Positions 60,401 through 64,000 of a stretch of DNA of 64,000 nucleotides are shown piece by piece. The stretch is from the NCBI GenBank assembly GCA_044224315.1, contig JBGAKR010000003.1, positions 172,510 to 236,509 of the forward strand, written 5' to 3'. The stretch comes from Bacteroidia bacterium. Its GTDB lineage: Bacteria; Bacteroidota; Bacteroidia; NS11-12g; UBA955. Made by a program: the position numbers and the translations under genes. The notes under the pieces are model-generated. The model was not told the origin of the DNA. It made no database searches and saw only the letters and a list, made by a program, of their open reading frames with translations. The first letter of the stretch is position 1; the number at the start of each line of letters is the position of its first letter.

Positions 60401-60631
60401 TAAATAATTTTCAAGCCGGCTCAGTTCTTGAATCGCCGTTTGCATGGCTTTGGATGCCAATATGTCTTCCTCTCCGTAATAAAGTACTTCAATATTTTCA
60501 TGCGAAAGGGTTTTCCATTTAAATTGCTGATACTGTATGCGGTTTTGTCCGAATTCGGTATAAATACCCTGTGCCTTCAGCGGTAGAATTGAAGCAAAAA
60601 AGCTGAAAAATAGAAGAATTACAATGCGCAT
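57500..60631 (-). CDS. large secreted protein with PD40/WD40-like beta-propeller repeats and a C-terminal Omp85-like outer-membrane beta-barrel (ends ...YLSLGFDF)
   Basis: Signal peptide. TolB-like repeats (LSPDGTRVAIVTNDNGRFDIWVYN, ILFSAVKAGKCDIYVYN). C-terminal ~350 aa of amphipathic beta-strands ending in Phe. Confidence 0.5.
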   Translation of the reverse strand: MRIVILLFFSFFASILPLKAQGIYTEFGQNRIQYQQFKWKTLSHENIEVLYYGEEDILASKAMQTAIQELSRLENYLSYKYGGTMQIMVFSNLNDYRQSNVGYTNPQMNSGGYLLIPNDVNTVYFNGDYNYLTKQLTRAVCEILLREMIYGGSLQDRFERVRSAALPVWFTAGLSQFLAESWNAETETRFRDAMDNHGFRNFNLLTAEENTLAGVGIWRYLVEKYGAESVSTIVFIARYTHSAESAIYFHTKKTMNEFLAEWRSFYQAEIHTDLSQQLPKGKSNVPDKISGKRNTDFALSPDGTRVAIVTNDNGRFDIWVYNLQKGNIKHIYSGGLKVLNQLPDYQFPKIAWNKEGQLHALIFETGLYRLLKFNNGSHTDLKIDFSAFSGLNDFSFFPDNANILFSAVKAGKCDIYVYNKITGKFETLTSDFYFDHDAIATEDGSVLFVSNRQLEGDTVQNFASGIYNLFRYTNGIIIPLTHYTQNVNVSDPISYSASVTGYVCDINGLNNAWVVHADSGFQTFAQTNYSRGLEGQNLALNRKITAEMILLNGKYIIFTGEVPDNPVSESVNVKTLPWKVKIQDLDSIFSIRNLHTINEPGVDDSTRRTFIDSINKNYTFQTGFPKKDYQSYTPADSVVSDQHFKKVNFLNSLQPEFLLSQVDNRVLGTYAYSNRIKHETLRNPWLMPFVKVSLSDLLKNYVIEAGVRTSLDFYNTDYITRFSLLKYRFDHDIQLSRHSRKYEDRANKLMQNLSILGSYTLSYPITENARFALSGGGRRELLSAKVSEKNVLNIPDKNDYFITGKFEFIYDNTTALGLNRVNGYRLKTGLDFARRLNNTAINVTNLFIDARWYLPVKRGMVWANKLTGLYSLSAGKIANYLGAVENWTSKTQFPKDPIFLNGDQYVFQQWVGNMRGFYRGVRMGSNFALLNSEFRVPIFAMIRKKPLESEFMRNFTLIALCDVGTAFNGKSPADPQNPFNTVYLSTPNYSLSITSQRNPWVVGLGYGVRTRVLGYFIKYDHARGYLEKQWNSPMNYLSLGFDF

Positions 60632-60707
60632 GCTGCCGAGTCAAATTTAAAACATCTTTGCTTTTTATCCAACTTAATTGTACCTTTAAGATTAAATTTG
60701 CAGCTTT

Positions 60708-61946
60708 ATGACAGTAATAAATGAACACAGCACCATGCAAACTTACATTGATTTAGAAAACCAGTATGGTGCGCATAATTACCACCCCTTGCCAGTTGTT
60801 CTGGCGCATGGTCAGGGTATTTATGTTTGGGATATTGAGGGTAAAAAATATTTCGATTTTTTATCGGCCTATTCTGCTGTAAATCAGGGGCATTGTCATC
60901 CACGTATCATTGGTGCCCTTACCGAGCAGGCACACAACCTTACCCTTACCAGCCGCGCTTTTCACAATGATCAGTTAGGGCCTTACGAAAAGTTTATTAC
61001 CGAATACTTTGGCTTCGACCGTGTGTTGCCAATGAATACAGGCGTAGAAGGAGGAGAGACTGCAATAAAACTAGCCCGAAGGTGGGCCTATGAAATAAAA
61101 AAAGTACCGGCAAATCAGGCCAAGATTGTATTTGCAAAAGGCAATTTTTGGGGGCGCACCATTGCGGCTGTAAGTGCTAGTAACGACCCCAGCAGTTATA
61201 CCAATTTTGGCCCATTTGTACCGGGTTTTGAACTTGTAGAATATAACGATATACCAGCCCTGGAAAAGGCGTTGCAAGATCCAAATTGTGCGGCATTTAT
61301 GGTAGAACCGATACAAGGCGAAGCAGGTGTTGTAATGCCAGATGCCGGTTACCTCGCTGCAGTTAGAGAATTGTGTACCCGTTATAATGTATTGTTTATT
61401 GCCGATGAAGTACAAACCGGCCTGGGACGCACCGGGCGCATGCTTTGCTGCGATCATGAAAATGTAAAACCCGATATTTTAATTTTGGGTAAAGCCTTGG
61501 GTGGTGGCGTACTGCCAGTGAGTGCTGTGCTTGCCACACACGAAATTATGCTTACCATTCACCCGGGTGAACATGGCAGCACATTTGGCGGAAATCCGCT
61601 AGCTTGCGCTGTAGCTACTGAGGCATTAAAAGTGCTGAAAGAAGAAAATCTGGCTGAGAATGCAGAAAAATGCGGGCAAATTTTTAGAAAGCGCATGCAG
61701 GAAATAGATAGTCCGCTGATACAAGCTGTGCGCGGCAAGGGATTACTCAATGCCATTGTAATTAAACCTTATGGAAATGGTAAAACGGCATGGGATGTAT
61801 GTGTGGCGATGCTGCAAAATGGATTGTTGGCTAAGCAAACACATGGCGACATTATTCGATTTGCGCCTCCTTTAACTATTACCGAAGAAGAAATACACGA
61901 AGCCTGCGACATTATCGAAAACACCATTATGGGCCTGGAAGCCTGA
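60708..61946 (+). CDS. rocD: ornithine--oxo-acid aminotransferase (class III PLP aminotransferase)
   Basis: [17 protein letters not shown] is characteristic of ornithine aminotransferase. PLP-lysine region [11 protein letters not shown]. Confidence 0.8.
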   Translation: MTVINEHSTMQTYIDLENQYGAHNYHPLPVVLAHGQGIYVWDIEGKKYFDFLSAYSAVNQGHCHPRIIGALTEQAHNLTLTSRAFHNDQLGPYEKFITEYFGFDRVLPMNTGVEGGETAIKLARRWAYEIKKVPANQAKIVFAKGNFWGRTIAAVSASNDPSSYTNFGPFVPGFELVEYNDIPALEKALQDPNCAAFMVEPIQGEAGVVMPDAGYLAAVRELCTRYNVLFIADEVQTGLGRTGRMLCCDHENVKPDILILGKALGGGVLPVSAVLATHEIMLTIHPGEHGSTFGGNPLACAVATEALKVLKEENLAENAEKCGQIFRKRMQEIDSPLIQAVRGKGLLNAIVIKPYGNGKTAWDVCVAMLQNGLLAKQTHGDIIRFAPPLTITEEEIHEACDIIENTIMGLEA

Positions 61947-62018
61947 TAGTGGAATGAAATTTTATTCTCTGCAGGTATATAAACTCTGTGAAATAAATTG
62001 TAGTTTTGCCCCAGCGTT

Positions 62019-62104
62019 GCCCGGGTGGCGGAATAGGTAGACGCGCAGGACTTAAAATCCTGTTGTCAGCGATGGCAGTACGGGTTCGATTCCCGTCCCG
62101 GGCA
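62019..62104 (+). tRNA. tRNA-Leu (anticodon UAA)
   Basis: 86 nt. Acceptor stem GCCCGGG/CCCGGGC, anticodon stem-loop cagga-CUUAAAA-tcctg, long variable arm and T-loop GGTTCGATTCC. CCA is not encoded. Confidence 0.85.
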
Positions 62105-62123
62105 CTTAATAAATTCAACTTTT

Positions 62124-62150
62124 AAGGGAAATTACTTTCCCTTTTTTTAT
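62124..62150 (+). terminator. rho-independent terminator after tRNA-Leu
   Basis: aagggaaattactttccctttttttat. Confidence 0.75.
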
Positions 62151-62327
62151 TTATTTTTTTTGGAAATAAACTTCTATTCAATGATCCGGTGCAAGTTTGT
62201 TTTAATCCAAATTGAATTATCACAATGCCTTTTTCACTTTTTCTTTCGCTGTGTTGGTATTGCGTCATTTCAGGTGTTTTTACAATTTCATGTCTGGAAT
62301 TCACTCCGAACAAACTAATTTCGCTGC

Positions 62328-63344
62328 ATGCTACTAAGGCTGTGCATCGCTATTCTGGCCGTTACGGGTTTGTTTTCCTGTGGAAACAATAAATTAAAGG
62401 GGAGGTATATTTCTGAAACCGATACGGCATTTTCTAAAGATATTCGGGATGTAAGTGCACGCATAAATAAATCGCCCTATAAGGCCGACTTATATTATTT
62501 GCGCGGCAATGCCTTCTTTTATCAGGATAAATTTAAGGATGCCGTAATTGATTTTGAAACCGCTTGTACCATGGATTCTGCAAACCCAACCTATCACTAT
62601 CGATTGGGAGAAACCCTGCTGAAACTGGATACTGCCGATAGTAAAAAAGCACGCATACATCTGGAAAAGGCTGTAAAAATCGAACCCAAATTGTACGATG
62701 CTCGCATATTGTTAGCCAAATTAATGCTGGCCCGACAAGAGTATACGGCCCTTGAAAAAATGCTGAAAGGACTCACAGACCAACCCGATGTATCGGACAA
62801 AGCATTCCTTTTATTAGGAATCTCAAAAAAAGAACAAAAAGATACAATCCAGGCGCTTACCTATTTCGATAAAGCCTTGCAAATTAATCCGCAAAACTAC
62901 GATGCAGCTATGCAGGTAGCCCTAATAAAAGTGGAACAAAAGGACCCTAAAGCCACCGCTTATTTAGACAGGGTATTGGCAATAAATGAATTTAGCGATG
63001 AGGCCATGTATGCCAAAGGTTTATACCTTCAAAAACAAGAGAAATACAAAGACGCGCTGGCTTGTTATGATAAAGTTTCACAAATCAATCCGGCCCACCG
63101 TTTATCTCGCTACAATGCAGCGGTAATCTATAATATTTTTGAAGAATGGGAGCGGTCTGAAGAATGGTGCAATAAAACCCTGGACCTAGATCCGGAATTT
63201 GCCAATGCCCTTGCTTTACGGGGATATAACCGTGAAAAAATGAACAATAAAAAAGCCGCCATTGCAGATTACAAGGCGGCTTTAGCTATCGATCCCAAAA
63301 ATGCACCTGCATTGGCAGGCCTTAAGGCTTTGGGAATAAATTAG
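62328..63344 (+). CDS. tetratricopeptide-repeat lipoprotein
   Basis: Lipobox LFSCGN, then several 34-residue TPR-like repeats (AxxYxxxGxxxxxxxxYxxAxxxF pattern). Confidence 0.7.
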   Translation: MLLRLCIAILAVTGLFSCGNNKLKGRYISETDTAFSKDIRDVSARINKSPYKADLYYLRGNAFFYQDKFKDAVIDFETACTMDSANPTYHYRLGETLLKLDTADSKKARIHLEKAVKIEPKLYDARILLAKLMLARQEYTALEKMLKGLTDQPDVSDKAFLLLGISKKEQKDTIQALTYFDKALQINPQNYDAAMQVALIKVEQKDPKATAYLDRVLAINEFSDEAMYAKGLYLQKQEKYKDALACYDKVSQINPAHRLSRYNAAVIYNIFEEWERSEEWCNKTLDLDPEFANALALRGYNREKMNNKKAAIADYKAALAIDPKNAPALAGLKALGIN

Positions 63345-63796
63345 TATTTTCCGAAGGTTACTACCTCCAGCGTGTTATAACCCAGCATCACTATTTCGCG
63401 CTGCAAGGTTATGGCTTGTGCAGTTTGTTTTACAATGGTGTAAGTTCCCCAACCGCTAAATGTAACCTGTGTAGCATTTGGTGAAGACATAGACCAACCC
63501 AGCGTTTCAGTTTGAGGATCTCCATTGGTGCAGGTATGGCGGTCTAAAACATAAGTGGTGGAGGTATTAAAATTATAACTATGCACCCGGATGCAATCAT
63601 CCATTGCGTCTACTTTTCCAGTGTTGCTATTGGAATCAGTCCATGAACCGATTTTCCATTTTTGCATCATAAACACTTCTTGTTTGGTTTTGCCGTCAAT
63701 ACTAAGATTTTTGTCCTCTGTGGTGGTTTTTTTCTTGCAGGCCGCCACTGTCAACAACACTCCCGCCGCTGCCAGTAAAAGAAATTTTAGTCTCAT
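63341..63796 (-). CDS. lipoprotein, hypothetical
   Basis: Internal start MRLKFLLLAAAGVLLTVAACKKK (lipobox), then a small beta-rich domain. Confidence 0.5.
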   Translation of the reverse strand: MRLKFLLLAAAGVLLTVAACKKKTTTEDKNLSIDGKTKQEVFMMQKWKIGSWTDSNSNTGKVDAMDDCIRVHSYNFNTSTTYVLDRHTCTNGDPQTETLGWSMSSPNATQVTFSGWGTYTIVKQTAQAITLQREIVMLGYNTLEVVTFGKY

Positions 63797-63845
63797 TGTT
63801 TTTTTGTGTGACTGCGAATATAAGCAATTAACATGTTTGATTTCA

Positions 63846-64000
63846 TCAATTCGACGAATGTTCATTCATCAAGTCGTTGATAACTTCTGCCGCTATATGC
63901 AATCCAAAAAGTGCGGGCATATAGCTGATAGTGCCGTAAAAGCTTTTCTTAAAATTACTTCCGTCGGTTAGTTTCATACTTTCACGCATCAATTCACCAT
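63846..64000 (-). CDS. hypothetical protein, C-terminal fragment; gene starts beyond the window end
   Basis: Minus-strand frame open from the window edge to TGA at 63846-63848 (...GELMRESMKLTDGSNFKKSFYGTISYMPALFGLHIAAEVINDLMNEHSSN). No family assigned. Confidence 0.35.
   Translation of the reverse strand, partial: GELMRESMKLTDGSNFKKSFYGTISYMPALFGLHIAAEVINDLMNEHSSN

Noticed and set aside
62019-62327. tRNA-Leu as an integration hotspot for a genomic island
   Set aside because: No integrase, direct repeat of the tRNA 3' end or mobile-element genes follow. The tRNA is followed by a terminator and a TPR lipoprotein gene.
63591-63971. Plus-strand 126-aa ORF near the window end
   Set aside because: It overlaps the minus-strand lipoprotein gene and the minus-strand C-terminal gene fragment. 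Cys and Phe-rich nonsense composition.

Overview
This window looks like a chromosomal segment from a Bacteroidota genome, mostly core and housekeeping genes. The taxon call rests on T9SS C-terminal sorting domains, Bacteroidetes-type TAnnTTTG promoter boxes, an alternative complex III (ACIII) operon and the SHDLQEPLRTI histidine-kinase H-box. Coding density is high and read end-to-end on both strands. Recognisable content includes: an ECF sigma operon, a queuosine-precursor-transporter-like gene plus a beta-CASP/MBL RNase, a complete actABCDEF ACIII operon, valS, the hmgA-hppD tyrosine-catabolism pair, a class A beta-lactamase next to a LytTR two-component system, flotillin, the mreBCD-mrdA-rodA cell-shape cluster, rocD, tRNA-Leu(UAA), two T9SS cargo proteins and a giant CRTAC1/ASPIC-like lipoprotein. 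I found no canonical defence system, prophage, integron or CRISPR. The unusual content is non-coding and architectural. (1) A ~1 kb ORF-free region (1957-2993) holds about 4.4 copies of a ~120-150 bp imperfect tandem repeat with a nested, copy-number-variable 7-nt microsatellite, sitting upstream of a secreted-protein/ECF-sigma/anti-sigma operon. (2) The heptamer AACAGCC, plus a longer ~44-nt shared block, recurs in three separate intergenic regions. (3) A second large intergenic region (24682-25549) carries an unannotated 49-codon basic ORF with its own terminator and a ~150-nt A/C-only tract. (4) A divergent TonB-dependent-receptor-like outer-membrane protein is translationally coupled to a periplasmic-TPR/transmembrane class III nucleotidyl cyclase. 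All functional calls come from reading motifs by eye; no database search was run.
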